63,483 nucleotides of DNA, filler included, from Chrysochromulina tobinii (GCA_001275005.1; 7 parts of 7 records of this genome joined end to end with filler, not necessarily neighbours in it); one strand, 5' to 3'. Positions 52,391 through 63,483 are shown, numbered from the whole stretch's first letter. Notes: generated from the sequence alone by a model not told the origin. A program made the numbers and translations.

Positions 52391-54484
52391 CTAGTAGATC
52401 ACGGCTCGCTTCTTTATCTCCTTCTTTGGCGGCAACTTCTTCCCTTTCGTCTTGTTGATACGTGCTGGCTCCACGGCTGCAGGCACCTCCTCCTCGTGTG
52501 CTAGTTGCTCGGAATCTGCAGAGTCCTCCTCGGTGGTTGGGGAGCACCGCTCCGGTACCCTCTCCGAGAGCCGACTCGAGAGCCGCTCCCCTTGCGGTTC
52601 CTCAAGATCCTCTTCCTCATCCTCATCGTCTTCATTCGCATCCTCCTCGCTGTCCGTCTTGGCTTGCGCAGCTCGCTTGGACGCCTTGCTCGCTCCACCC
52701 TTGGTGCGCAGCTGCTGCCGAAGCGCCCACATCTCCCGCTCCGCCTTCTCCTCCTTCGCCTCGCGCGTCGCTCGCAGCCAGCGTGCGATGGTCGATGCGA
52801 TGGCGGCCAGCAGCACGATCAGTAAGATCAGCCCAGTCGACCCGCCAAGGAGCACACCCGACGCGCGCCCCCCTCCGGCGTGGGCGTCCAGTGTCCCCTG
52901 AGCGCCCCAAACGGCGCTCACATCCGCGCGCCCCATGATACTGGCACCGCCTACCAAGGTGCCGGCCGCCGCCTCCTCCTCGGCCATCAGGCCAAGATGC
53001 TGGTTTGCCTGCTGGCTTGGGTCTGCTACGGAAGTGAACTCCGATGTGTCCGGCGGCGTGGGTGGTGGCGGTGGCGGCGGAGAGGGCGGTGGTGGTGGCG
53101 TGGGTGGCGGTGGCGGTGGCGGCGAGAGCGGCCGTGGCGTGGGAGGAGGCGGCATCCCGGGCGGCGGCGGCGGCGGCGGTGGCGACGACGGCCGTGGAGG
53201 CGGATGCGGTGGCTCGGGGTTCGGTGGAGGCTCTGGCTCCGGCGGCGGAGGCGACTCCTTATGGGAGATGCGAAGATTGGAGAGCGTGAACGACGCCTCG
53301 GCCACGTCACACCGGGGGCAGTCCCCGTTGAGCCACGAGAGACCATCCACTGGTGCCCATAACGACGCGACGATCGCGAGCTTGCCCTGCGCCGCGGCTA
53401 TCGCCCGCAGTGCTTCGGAAGGCACACCAGTCCCCTGCGGGTTGCCAGCGATGTGCGAGTCGAAGACAACGGCCTGCCGCTCCTCCTGCCGCAGCGTGAC
53501 CGTCAGCGCGCCCGATTCGGCCACCTGGGCGCTGAGCTGGAACGGTTGGCGCGTGTCGATAGTCTTAAATGGGCCGAAGAGCGATTGCATGCTGTTGGGC
53601 GCACTCGGGCTGCCCGCGCGTGCAAAGCAGCCGTGCCGGTTGCATCGGCCGACGCCAAACGCGCCTCCCGATTCGGTGTGGATGGCGGACTGCATCGCGA
53701 GCTCGTTCGCCTCGATCAGGTCCACCTCCGTGCACGGGCCGCCATGCAGACCAGGTCCGACGCTCAAAGCCATGTCGCAGTAGTTGGGCTGATCGTTGCT
53801 TGGGTCCTTCATTGCGACCGCGTAGACGCACGCGAGGCAGCCGCATGGGACCCCGCTCATATCTAGTTCAATCGTGAGTGGGCCGTCGTGCAGGTCGAGT
53901 CTCACGTACTTGTGCCTGTCCCACGTCGTCTGCGTGAAGTCTTCGACTAGGTACGCTCGCGTGTCGCCGCGAAGCGTCACCGTGGAGCCTGCGTCATCTA
54001 AAACAACGGTCCCATGATCGGTCAACCATCCGGCCCGTGGGCCAGCACCGGGAACGGGACCCTTGGCCTTAGATGCTTGTGCCGCCACTCGCTTTGCAGC
54101 CTCTTGAGCTTCGCACGCCATGCATACTGGAGGCTTCGCAACACCCGAAACACACCAGGCCGAGCCATCACAGACCCAGGTGCCGCACCAGCTCGGGCAG
54201 CCGCATGCGCCACAGGCGGGAGGTCGCGCCCCTCCCACGCACCATGCCGAATCGCATTGGAAGCTGTCGCACCAGGTCGGGCATCCATGCGCGGAAGCGA
54301 TGCCGCCGAAGGCGGTGCTAACGGTCTCCGGCTTCGAGAATGGATTCACGAGCCCAAAGCTTGCACCGGCGGCGCTGCTATCAGATTCGGTGTCATCGGA
54401 GGAGGCAGTAGCTTCGATCTTGATGGCCGCTGTGGAGGCAAAGGCGAGCAGCGCTGCGCTGCTGTGGCTCGCAGCGCGCCCCAT
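52391..54484 (-). CDS. Membrane-anchored GH7-like glycoside hydrolase with Cys/Trp N-terminal repeats, a Pro-rich stalk and a TM helix
   Basis: Motifs NYCD, CTEVDLIEAN (ExDxxE), CNRHGC and IDTRQPF. Confidence 0.75.
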   Translation of the reverse strand: MGRAASHSSAALLAFASTAAIKIEATASSDDTESDSSAAGASFGLVNPFSKPETVSTAFGGIASAHGCPTWCDSFQCDSAWCVGGARPPACGACGCPSWCGTWVCDGSAWCVSGVAKPPVCMACEAQEAAKRVAAQASKAKGPVPGAGPRAGWLTDHGTVVLDDAGSTVTLRGDTRAYLVEDFTQTTWDRHKYVRLDLHDGPLTIELDMSGVPCGCLACVYAVAMKDPSNDQPNYCDMALSVGPGLHGGPCTEVDLIEANELAMQSAIHTESGGAFGVGRCNRHGCFARAGSPSAPNSMQSLFGPFKTIDTRQPFQLSAQVAESGALTVTLRQEERQAVVFDSHIAGNPQGTGVPSEALRAIAAAQGKLAIVASLWAPVDGLSWLNGDCPRCDVAEASFTLSNLRISHKESPPPPEPEPPPNPEPPHPPPRPSSPPPPPPPPGMPPPPTPRPLSPPPPPPPTPPPPPSPPPPPPPTPPDTSEFTSVADPSQQANQHLGLMAEEEAAAGTLVGGASIMGRADVSAVWGAQGTLDAHAGGGRASGVLLGGSTGLILLIVLLAAIASTIARWLRATREAKEEKAEREMWALRQQLRTKGGASKASKRAAQAKTDSEEDANEDDEDEEEDLEEPQGERLSSRLSERVPERCSPTTEEDSADSEQLAHEEEVPAAVEPARINKTKGKKLPPKKEIKKRAVIY

Positions 54485-54516
54485 AAGGAAAGTGGCCCTG
54501 GAGCGTCACTCCGTTA

Positions 54517-54756
54517 TAGGAAGGTCCCACACACCAACCCAACGTAACACACCATCCCAACGCGATCGCACAGCGAAAGAAAATTTCGCTCTGCTCTGGA
54601 GCAGAGCGAAATGTGTCGTCGCTCTGCTCGGGGGGAGAGCGAATTGTGTCGTCGCTCTGCTCGAGAGCACAGCGATTTGTGTCATCGCTCTGCTCGGGGG
54701 CAGAGCGTTTCGTTGGGATGGTGTGTTACGTTGGGTTGGTGTGTGGGACCTTCCTA
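54517..54756. mobile_element. MITE (236 bp) with perfect 44-bp TIRs flanked by TA (Tc1/mariner-type)
   Basis: 54517-54562 is the exact reverse complement of 54711-54756. Internal TCGCTCTGCTC subrepeats are present. Confidence 0.88.
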
Positions 54757-55169
54757 ATGTGAACGAGTGTGTGCGTGAATGATGCAGCATTTCCGTGAAA
54801 CGACAAACGGGGGTGAATTAAGAGCGCCTAAGTCTGGCCGAAACGACAAAACGGGGGTGGGGAAACCGGCTGATGCTCTCAAAACTTTATGTTTCGTCAC
54901 CGTCGGCACAGCGGCGTCGACACGCGCGCTGTGATGATCGAAGCACGTTGCATGTCGCGAGCATGAGAATGAAGCGGCTGTGACGTGTGCGAGGTGTTCG
55001 ACCTTCACGCTTGGTGTGAGTTTGGTTTGTGCGTGTTGGTGTGTTGTGAATGATGATCGAAGCACGTTCGCGCAAAAGCACGTGCAAAGCAACTTGCTTT
55101 CCAACATTGCAGGCGTTCCGGCACGGAGCGGTGCCGGGTCAACGGGGTAGATCTCAGAGCACGGGGACG

Positions 55170-57773
55170 ATGAAATCCATCTTCGCGACATTGAGCACGT
55201 TGCTCGCCATCTCGGCCGCGTCACACTTTCAGTGCGCTGACCTCCAGCCAGCTTCGTATTGTGCTGAAGGGGCAGCCCTTGGTTATTGCAATACGTCTTC
55301 GAGTGTCTTCGAGTACATTCTCAACTGTCCGGCCACCTGTGGGATCCCCTGTGCGCAGTGTGTCGACGCTCCCAATGTGACGTGTGCCGCCTACGCAGCC
55401 AATGGGTACTGCGCGCCGTCTTCGCAGTTTTACGCGATCATGACTCGCATCTGTCCGGCCACCTGTGGGCTCACCTGTGGGGAACCGCAGTACTCACACT
55501 ACACGTGCAGCAGCTGCATGGCCGCCCGCGCCTCCAACTGGTGGTGCGCCGCGGGCGCGCTGTGTGCGACTGCGCCGATATCGGCGCTGCTGCCTGGCGA
55601 TCGCATCCTCTGCCCGCACGACGCTTGGACGAACAGCAGCGGCTGCGTGGCCTCGCCTGTCACCGACCCTTACTACGAGACAAACGCCTGGGCGTACACT
55701 CTGATCAACCTGCAGCCCGCGTGGGCAGCGGGCTACACTGGTGCTGGCGTGACGATCAACATCGTCGACAGTGGGACCGATCAGACACACCCCGCATTTT
55801 CGGGCAAGTTTGATGCGTTGGGGTCGTGCCCGCTCCCGTGGCAAACCGACGGCGAACACGGTACCACAACGGCTGCGATCGCGCTTGCGGCCGACAACGG
55901 CCAGTGCTCTCGCGGCGTCGCGTATGGGGCGACGCTCTCCGAGTGCCTCAATCCAGGCTTAGGGCCAGGCAACTTCTTATGGCCTGGTTCTAGCGCTAAC
56001 CCTGACTCTGCAGAACTCGCGTTCATCGGCCACATGGACCGAAACCACATCTCATCCAACTCGTGGGGGTACGACGCGTGCAGAGCCCTCGCTAGCTCCG
56101 GGCGGCGCAAGCTCCGGCAGCGCCAGCTGCAGGGATGCCCCTTCGCGGCCACGGCCGCCACGGGCACCAGCCCGTGCAGCGCTTCCCAGTGCGCCGGGGC
56201 CAGCTGGACGTCGCCGCCAAGCACGTGCGAAACGGTCATCTCGGCATACTGCCAGAACCCCTACAACTATGACGCGGACGGCGAGTGCGCCTCGTGGACG
56301 CACCTCTGGATGACATGCGCGTACACGCACCTGCCCTGGGAGATCAAACGGGTCCTGCAGCGTGGCGTCCTCGAGGGGCGCAGCGGGCGCGGCATCGTGT
56401 ACGTCTTTTCGGCAGGCAACGGTAACGCCGGTGGCATGAACGTCAACTTTGAGATTTACTTGCACTCGCGCTTCACGATCACCGTCGGCGCCACCGACAA
56501 GCTCGGCTTGCACTCGTATTACTCGACTACGGGCTCGTCGCTCTTCATCACCGCGCCGGGCGGCGACATAACTCAGCACAGCAACAACTGGTACGTCGCG
56601 AAAGCAGGCGGCGGCTGTGCCGAGCAGGGGCAGGGAACTTCGTATTCGTGCCCCGTCGTCTCGGGCGTGGTCGCGCTCATGCTCGAAGCCAATCCGCTGC
56701 TCACCTACCGCGACGTGCAGGGGATCCTCGCGGCGACGACGAGCCGAAACGACCCCACGAGCCCCCTCTGGACCACGAACGCGGCTGGCTTCATCCACAA
56801 CATCAGGTACGGCTTCGGCATGGTCGACGCCGGCGCGGCCGTGGCCGCCGCGCTCTCGTGGACCAACTGGGGGATCGAGCGGCGCATTCTTGCGAGCTCG
56901 TCGCAGCAGCTCACCGTCCCGCACGATGGCTCGACGCTGTCGACCAACGTCACGGTCGGCGCGCAGAGCCAGGCGTGGGCAATCGAGTGGATCGAAATCT
57001 TCCTCAACCTCGACCACTCGTCGCGCGGCGATCTGCAGCTCGAGCTCACCTCGCCCTCGGGTACGCACTCCGTCCTGACCCCCGGCCCGCGGCCCGAGAC
57101 GTCCAACCCGCCGGTCGAGGGCTGCTCGGCCGCGGCCGACACGTGCGCCACGAAAAACGATGGAGTTTGCGACAACCCTCTGGATTGCGAGTGTGACTAC
57201 GACGACTGCCTTGCGGCGAACTGGGTGGGCGCGAACGGGCAGCCCTCGCTCTACCTGCCTCGCTTCAATTGGAAGATGACGAGCGTGCGTAGCTGGGGCG
57301 AAAGCCCGGTGGGCACGTGGACGCTCGCAATCCGTGATCGGCGGCTCGCGAACGGTCCGAACGTCAACTCGACGCTCCACAGCTGGAACCTGCTCATCTA
57401 CGGCCACCACGGCACCGCCACCCGCCTGAGCAATCGCAATACCAGCATGACCATCACGGGCACTCCACTCCCCCGAGGTGCCACGCTCCCACCACCATCG
57501 CCGCTGCCGCCACCACCCTCGAGCGTTGCCCTCGGTTTCGGCCTCGGGATCGTCCTCGGGGTCATCCTCCTCGGTGGAGGCCTTGGCATGATTGCGATTT
57601 TGTGCTTCTGCTTCTCCCGCTACCGTGGCCAGGGCAAGGCCCGCAGCCCGGCTCGCGGCCGTGCGCAGATTACCGAGATTGGCATCGGTGGAGCCTCGAC
57701 TGGCACGGGGACTGGCAGCGCGACCCCGCGCGAGCCCTCCGCCGAGATGCAGGACTTCAACAGTCGCCTGTAA
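55170..57773 (+). CDS. Kexin/furin-like S8B protease with N-terminal ShK modules, a P-domain and a TM anchor
   Basis: Catalytic motifs IVDSG, HGT, AGNG and GTSYSCP, plus LTYRDVQ, YGFG, HSSRGDL and WGESPVGTWTL. Confidence 0.92.
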   Translation: MKSIFATLSTLLAISAASHFQCADLQPASYCAEGAALGYCNTSSSVFEYILNCPATCGIPCAQCVDAPNVTCAAYAANGYCAPSSQFYAIMTRICPATCGLTCGEPQYSHYTCSSCMAARASNWWCAAGALCATAPISALLPGDRILCPHDAWTNSSGCVASPVTDPYYETNAWAYTLINLQPAWAAGYTGAGVTINIVDSGTDQTHPAFSGKFDALGSCPLPWQTDGEHGTTTAAIALAADNGQCSRGVAYGATLSECLNPGLGPGNFLWPGSSANPDSAELAFIGHMDRNHISSNSWGYDACRALASSGRRKLRQRQLQGCPFAATAATGTSPCSASQCAGASWTSPPSTCETVISAYCQNPYNYDADGECASWTHLWMTCAYTHLPWEIKRVLQRGVLEGRSGRGIVYVFSAGNGNAGGMNVNFEIYLHSRFTITVGATDKLGLHSYYSTTGSSLFITAPGGDITQHSNNWYVAKAGGGCAEQGQGTSYSCPVVSGVVALMLEANPLLTYRDVQGILAATTSRNDPTSPLWTTNAAGFIHNIRYGFGMVDAGAAVAAALSWTNWGIERRILASSSQQLTVPHDGSTLSTNVTVGAQSQAWAIEWIEIFLNLDHSSRGDLQLELTSPSGTHSVLTPGPRPETSNPPVEGCSAAADTCATKNDGVCDNPLDCECDYDDCLAANWVGANGQPSLYLPRFNWKMTSVRSWGESPVGTWTLAIRDRRLANGPNVNSTLHSWNLLIYGHHGTATRLSNRNTSMTITGTPLPRGATLPPPSPLPPPPSSVALGFGLGIVLGVILLGGGLGMIAILCFCFSRYRGQGKARSPARGRAQITEIGIGGASTGTGTGSATPREPSAEMQDFNSRL

Positions 57774-58379
57774 GTGGTTGCACTTTGAAATGGCCCAGGA
57801 AGTTGTGCGTGGCATAGAGAAGACGGCGGATGGACGAATGGTCGCGTGCAACGGCTTGCACACTTGCCATGGTACTCGGGCGACACCGTCATAGGCACTC
57901 GAAGGATGACGAGTAGTCCTAAAAAGGGTCCCTGTAAGAGCACGGCTCGTGGGGTCCCTTGTGCATGAGTGGCTTGTGGAGGAGCATGCTCCTAAGGGAT
58001 GGGAACGGAAAGGCGGCTCAGGCGTGCGTGCGGGGGCTTGCCCGGGACTGGCACCTGGTGGGGATGTGTATGTGATGCGAGGTGTTGGGCCTCTTAGTTG
58101 GCACGGAAGGATGTTCGGGCGCAGGTTTGGATAGGTTCCTGCTGAGCCTGATGTGTGAAATAGGAGCATGGAAAGGAGCCCGTCTGATGTGGTCGTGAAG
58201 CTCAAAAAGGTGCTGCTAGCCGCCAGACCCGACTGTCGACATGTGCACATGGCCGATCATGCGCGAACAAGGCAAAGGCGCAGCGCGCGCCGCGAGCGAG
58301 CATCAGCATGTGCGAGTCACCGAGTCAGCGAGGAAGAGTGTGATGAGTGGCAACGTAAAACAGTTCTGAACGACCGCTA

Positions 58380-59966
58380 CTATACCAATCCGCTGTGCAC
58401 GTCATCGTCAACAGAATCGACGCGCGACCTCCAATCCACGGACGGCGCGAATGCCATCGCTGGCCATGCCGGCGGCTTGTGTGGCATGTAGGGGACCCAT
58501 CGAGAGGTCGCCGAGAGATTGACGCTGTTCTTCGTGCTGAAGTGATGCGGCGAGAGTGGCCAGGCGAGTGGCGAGGGGCGCACCGGCAGCTGCTCGCAGC
58601 GCGGCGACCAAGTATGGCAAGTTCCGATACAGAAGGCGTCGTACGGCCGGCCGATGAGGCGAGTAGCAGCGCTCGCGACAGCGCTCACATTCGACGGTGC
58701 CTCGAGGCAGAAGACGGGGATTCCCAAGCGGGTCAGGTTGAGGCAGGCCGCCCACCACGACGCCTCTGTGATCGGGCTGTTCTTGAGTCGAGAGCACTCC
58801 GCTCCGGTCGTGCTGCGAAGGAGAGTGTACCCAATGTTGTGCTTGATGACGTCCTTCCCAAACGCGTACTTGAGCCTGGAGGCGAGGAGGCGCGCGCCGC
58901 TCTGGTCCTGCACGATCCGCTCATGGATTTGTGTGCAGCCGGTGCCGTTCGAGGCCGGGTGGGCCGGTTGGCGCGCGACGTTCGAGGCGCACGGTGGTAG
59001 CCGTAGTAACACGCCGTCGGCGTCCTGTCCTCGCTCCGAGCCGTCAGTCCCAAGGAGGGTACGCTCCACCAGCATTGCCGTTCGATTACACTTGAGCTCG
59101 TCGACCGTGTCAAAGTACGCGTGTGCAAGGGTGCGAGGCACGAGAGCGATGTGGTCGTTGAGGAGCGTGCGGCGTGAGACCACCCCCATTGGCACGTGGA
59201 CATATTGGGTCGAAAGCTGCCCCAGCGAGGGCAGCGGCCCGAAGAAGATGAGGTCGGTCCTCAGCCGTAGGATCCAGTCGAAGCGGGCTGCTCGCCCCGT
59301 CTTCTTGAGCCGCTGCTCGTAGTCCGTCACCATCGCGAAAGCACGCTGCACCTTGAGCCACTGCATGGCATCGATCGGGTTGCATATCTTCTCGTCCGGG
59401 CCGACCACTTCGGCATGCGTCGAATATACGAGCTCAGTCGCGCACGAGCGGAGCGCCCACTCGACCACGAATGCATCGGTGATGCCCTCCCATCCCCCAA
59501 CGTGCCAGCGAGCATTCACGCCTTCGTCGCGCGGCCGTTCGTGGACCTCGTCGCAGCGTGCCTGGCTCGATGGCTCGTTCTTGAAGACGCGATCGCCGCA
59601 GCGCTTCAAAGGTGCCGCGAGGAAGTAGAAGGTCGAGACTGTCGCGGACAGGCTCGGAAGGACGGCGTTCTCGAGCGACTTGTGCGTCACGTCCAGGGCG
59701 CGAAACGCGCCAGCAAATACAAGAGCGACGCGGAGTGCTGAATTTGCTGCCTTGGGTGGGCCGTGCAGCGGGCATCTCGGCGTCGCAATGACGGTGCAGC
59801 GTCCCCTGCCGAGCCTGCACACTTCAAAATTGCTGCTGCTGCCATTCTGAGAACGATGCGACACGGAGAAGCCGTCTTCGAGTGAATCGTCGGCGGCGGC
59901 ACTGGATGAGTTGGCGGACGGCGACGCGAACGCTGCGCTGTGTGGATGTGTTTTCATGTCGAACAC
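58380..59966 (-). CDS. Putative glycosyltransferase-like protein
   Basis: RVALVFAGAFR...FDWILRLRTDL...NDHIALVPR pattern. Ends are uncertain. Confidence 0.55.
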   Translation of the reverse strand: MFDMKTHPHSAAFASPSANSSSAAADDSLEDGFSVSHRSQNGSSSNFEVCRLGRGRCTVIATPRCPLHGPPKAANSALRVALVFAGAFRALDVTHKSLENAVLPSLSATVSTFYFLAAPLKRCGDRVFKNEPSSQARCDEVHERPRDEGVNARWHVGGWEGITDAFVVEWALRSCATELVYSTHAEVVGPDEKICNPIDAMQWLKVQRAFAMVTDYEQRLKKTGRAARFDWILRLRTDLIFFGPLPSLGQLSTQYVHVPMGVVSRRTLLNDHIALVPRTLAHAYFDTVDELKCNRTAMLVERTLLGTDGSERGQDADGVLLRLPPCASNVARQPAHPASNGTGCTQIHERIVQDQSGARLLASRLKYAFGKDVIKHNIGYTLLRSTTGAECSRLKNSPITEASWWAACLNLTRLGIPVFCLEAPSNVSAVASAATRLIGRPYDAFCIGTCHTWSPRCEQLPVRPSPLAWPLSPHHFSTKNSVNLSATSRWVPYMPHKPPAWPAMAFAPSVDWRSRVDSVDDDVHSGLV

Positions 59967-60222
59967 GTGCGGGATTTGGCAATTTCATGTTGGTGTTCCG
60001 TCAATTCGTGCAGTCAAGACGAGTGGCTCACATGCATGCAGGTCCTGCGCGTTATTTTACCTTGCCCTGCAACTCTTCTACTTTTAACATTCAGCACACA
60101 TTCCATACGAGGAGACCGTACAAAGAGAAGGGGGGGACTGAGGATCTTACGGAGGGGCCGCCGCCAGGCCACGCCAGCCCTCCTCTGAAAGGATTGTAGA
60201 TTAGGGGAGCCCTGACTATGTA

Positions 60223-61834
60223 CTATGCCAGCTCCGCGTTGGTGGCGCCCGCGCGCTCGGCCTGCAGCAGGATCTCGTACGCGGCGGTCACGTGGTTGCT
60301 CGTGCCCGAGGCGGCGAGGGCGTTGACATGGTGCTGCACGAGCGCCGTCGGGCAGCCCATGGCCTCGAGCTTGGCGGCCACGGCCTCGTCCCACGTCGGC
60401 GCGGGCGAGAGGCCACTCGTGTCAATGGGTGGCTCGGTGGGGCCGGGTGCGAGCCACGGATGGCGGCACGTCTCGTCGATGTCGGCGCGCTGCGAGGCGC
60501 GCACGACCAGCAGCCGGCCGACGAGCTCGAGCGCCGTCTCGGGCGCCTTGAGCGGCTGATCGGGCTTGCCCTTCATGACCTTCTTGCCGAGGCCCTCCAT
60601 CGAGTCTGCCTGGAAGGGGAAGTGGCCTGCGAGCATCGTGTACAGCAGCACGCCGAGCGACCACATGTCGGCGGCGGTGCCCGAGTACTCCTGCTGCGCA
60701 AAGATCTCGGGCGCGGAGTAGTGTGGGGAGCCACAGAGCAACCGTAGCTTACGATTCGTGGGGCCCACGTACTCGGCGAACCCAAAGTCGGCGAGGAGCA
60801 GCCGGCCGTTGGCGTCCAGGAGCAGATTGTCGAGCTTCAGGTCGCGGTGGGCGATGTGCGCCGAGCGATGGCAGTAGTGGAGCGCGCCGCAGAGCTGCTG
60901 CGCGTACGAGCGCGCTCGCCGCTCCGAGAGCGCGCCGTGCTGGTCGAGCACGTCACGCAGCGTGCCGCCCGCGGCGTAGTGCATGCACAGGCAGATGGCG
61001 GCCGGCGAGACGAGCACTTCGTACAGGCGCGCGATGTTGGGATGGTAGAGGCGCGCATGCAGCTTGACCTCAACGGCCGCGCGCTTGCGCAGCTTCTCGT
61101 CCGTCAGCTTGGCGCGCGTGAGCGTCTTGACGGCGACGCGCTGCTTGGTCAGCTTATGGATCGCGAGGCGCACCTCGCCGTACGAGCCCTTGCCGAGCAC
61201 GCCGAGCAACGAGTAGTTGTCCTCGAGCTTCGAGTTCGGGTCGAGCGTCCGGCCGAGCTGCGGGTTCGCCTTCGCCGCCGCCAGTCGCTTGGCCACAGTG
61301 CCCGCCGCCGCGAGCGAAGGCAGCGCCGCGATGGGCGCCAGCTCTCCCAACGGCGGTGCCGAGGCGGCGCTGCCTTCGCCCTCGGCGCTGCCGCTCGCGC
61401 CGTCCTGAGCGCTCGCTCCCGAGGGCGCCTCCTCCCTGGGCGTCGTCGTCGTCGTCGGGAGCGCGCCCGCGTGCCGCGCGAGGGCGATGGGAAGGTCGCT
61501 CGAGCCGCCAGCCGCCGAGACCGGGCGCGCCGTCGCGGGCCGACGCGCACCCACAGCCGGCGCGTCGTGTGAAGAGGTGTGTGAAGAGGTGGGCTGGCCG
61601 TCGTGTGAAGAGGTGTGTGAAGAGGCGGGCTGGTCGGCGGCGGCCGTGGCGGGCCGATGAGCGACCAGCTGCGTGGCCGCGCGCGCGGCCGCCTCGGCGG
61701 TCGCAAGCCTGGCCTCGTGCTTCGCGACGCGTGCTGCCTGCGCCTGCCGCCGCTCAGCCTCGGCCCGCTCAGCCGCCTCCGCCTCCGCCATCTCCGCCTC
61801 CTCGGACTCACGCCGCAGCCCGCGCCCTCCTTGG
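60223..61834 (-). CDS. CAMK-group Ser/Thr kinase (SNF1/MARK-like) with a UBA-like tail; probably 5' truncated
   Basis: Motifs LGKGSYGEV, VAVK, HRDLKLDN, DFG, CGSPHYSAPE and NHVTAAYEIL. Confidence 0.92.
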
Positions 61835-61934
61835 NNNNNNNNNNNNNNNNNNNNNNNNNNNNNNNNNNNNNNNNNNNNTTAATTAATTAANNNNNNNNNN
61901 NNNNNNNNNNNNNNNNNNNNNNNNNNNNNNNNNN
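61835..61934. other. Artificial contig-joining linker
   Basis: 44N-TTAATTAATTAA-44N. Confidence 0.97.
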
Positions 61935-61936
61935 GC

Positions 61937-63483
61937 TTCTCCGCCCTCGACGCACAGGCCGACTGCCTGCAGTGCGTCGGCGCCACGGTGCACCAGCACA
62001 GGCTGGACCGTGCCACTGGCACCGCCACGCTCCCCGCGCACGTCAAGGTCGCGGGCAAGCGGTCGGGCGCACTGCTCAGCCGCGATGGCCGCGCTGACAC
62101 GGCCGCCAACACCGGCGCTGCGCTCGCCGCATCGTGCAACCCTGGCGATCACCCCGCCGCGGCCACGACGACTTCGATCGACGACCGCTCGGGCGAGATG
62201 CGCCTCGACGCTGCGAACGGCAAGCCATACACATTCGACGCCTTCGTCGATTACTATGGAGAACGGGCCTTCGAGGCATGGGACGCGGCGACTCCGGCCG
62301 CCGTCATCGCCTCGAGCCCGCTGCGCTCCTCGTCACCACCGCGCCCGCTCCGGGAGGAGCCGCCACTCCCCGCGAGCCCGAACAAGCGTACCGCTCGGCC
62401 AGCACGCACCCCGACGCCGTCTTCACCGCCCAAGGCCGCCGCGCTCCCTGCCACGGTGGCCGAGGTGTTGAAGATGACCGAGGCCGAGGTGTTGGCCATG
62501 GAGGTCGCGCCGCCCCTCCCCTCCAGCTGGGAGGACGACGAGCTGTCCGCCGACGAGGATCTCGACACTGGTTGCCCACGCGTTCTCGCCACCGCTGTTC
62601 TCACCACTCACCACCGCCGCGACGCCTCCGCTGACGCGTCACCGCCGCGCTCGCCATCCCGCAAAGAGGGCACGCCTGACGCCACGCATGTGCATCGGCC
62701 AGTGCCATCCAAGCAGCAGCAGCATGCGGCGCGCGTCGCGCTCGAGGCCGCCACGCAGCTGGCGGAGGCCGCGGCGCGCCTCGCGCAGAGCCCGCTCGGC
62801 ATGGCCGCTGGCAGCATGGGCGCTGCCTCGGCAACCGCCCCGGGCGCCTTCACCTCCCTCATCTCCGCCCTTCCCGCGCTGGTTATCTTCCTCACCCTCC
62901 TCGCCCTCGTCGCCGCCCTCTTCGGCACCGCACCGCCGTCGCACCGCCGCCCGAGGCGCAGCGCCCGCGCGCCCCCCTGCACCGCCGCTGCCGCTTCGTC
63001 GGGGCACCGAGGCGTCACCGTGCATCCGCTGCACCCGCCTGCACGCCCCGGTACCAGTCCGCCTTTACTGTTCCGTCTTGCGAGTCATATGTTCCCGACC
63101 CGTACTGGTACTCCCAACCCGAGTCGTTGTCAGAGTCAGAATCACTATCCTAATCAGATATGTATTCGTCAGAACCCGATCACCCCGTCGCGCCTCGCGC
63201 CTCCGCCCGCCGTCCCACCCTCCCGCAACACCCGACGCCTCTCTCGCCCTTCGCTCGCACGGCTCCTCGGGACGCTCGCCCTCACCCTCCTGCCCCGCAG
63301 CGCGGATGCCATGCCGCCGCGCGGCACACCCAAGGCGTACAGCCTCTTTGTGCCGCCGGGTTGCTCGCGGCACGGAGCGCCCGTGCCCGCCGGCGTGGGC
63401 GTCTACAACAGCTACACGCTCGCGGTCGCGGATGGCGCCTCCGGCGTGCAAGGCGGCGTCGCGCAGCAAGGCCACGCCAGCTT
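61937..63483 (+). CDS. Open frame running through the whole contig fragment (not in the ORF track); unknown product
   Basis: I found no stop on manual translation. It contains EMRLDAANGKPYTFDAFVDYYGERAFEAWDAA and a hydrophobic segment. Confidence 0.55.

Overview
GC-rich eukaryotic nuclear DNA, probably from a haptophyte alga (Chrysochromulina/Prymnesiales-like). This assignment is inferred from gene content and style, not proven. The window is seven contigs joined by identical artificial 100-nt linkers (44 N + TTAATTAATTAA + 44 N), so gene order across linkers has no meaning. About 24 protein genes are present, including ankyrin/TM protein, METTL21-type methyltransferase, prolyl 4-hydroxylase, IPT/TIG surface protein, Sfi1-like coiled-coil protein, two kinases, a TIR-domain protein, acyl-CoA oxidase/dehydrogenase, kinesin-8, two-pore channel, MYCBPAP-like protein, TraB protein, C2H2 zinc finger, GH7-like hydrolase and kexin-like protease. 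There is also a perfect-TIR MITE. The main result is 18 introns or intron-like inserts, 17 of them in four genes. Removing those 17 restores the reading frames exactly. They are built from a duplicated piece of the neighbouring exon (4-42 nt, supplying a GT or GC donor) plus one of two recurring cassettes that carry the branch point and usually the acceptor. Cassette A is (~10-nt CTGAT repeat)n + CTGATTGCCTCCCTCATCAG. Cassette B is GCATGCAAGTGCTCACCACGGCGCC...CCCCACAG. They have no extended terminal inverted repeats, vary in duplication length and stack at the same junction. This looks like an active intron-generating system that differs from the described TIR-type Introners.
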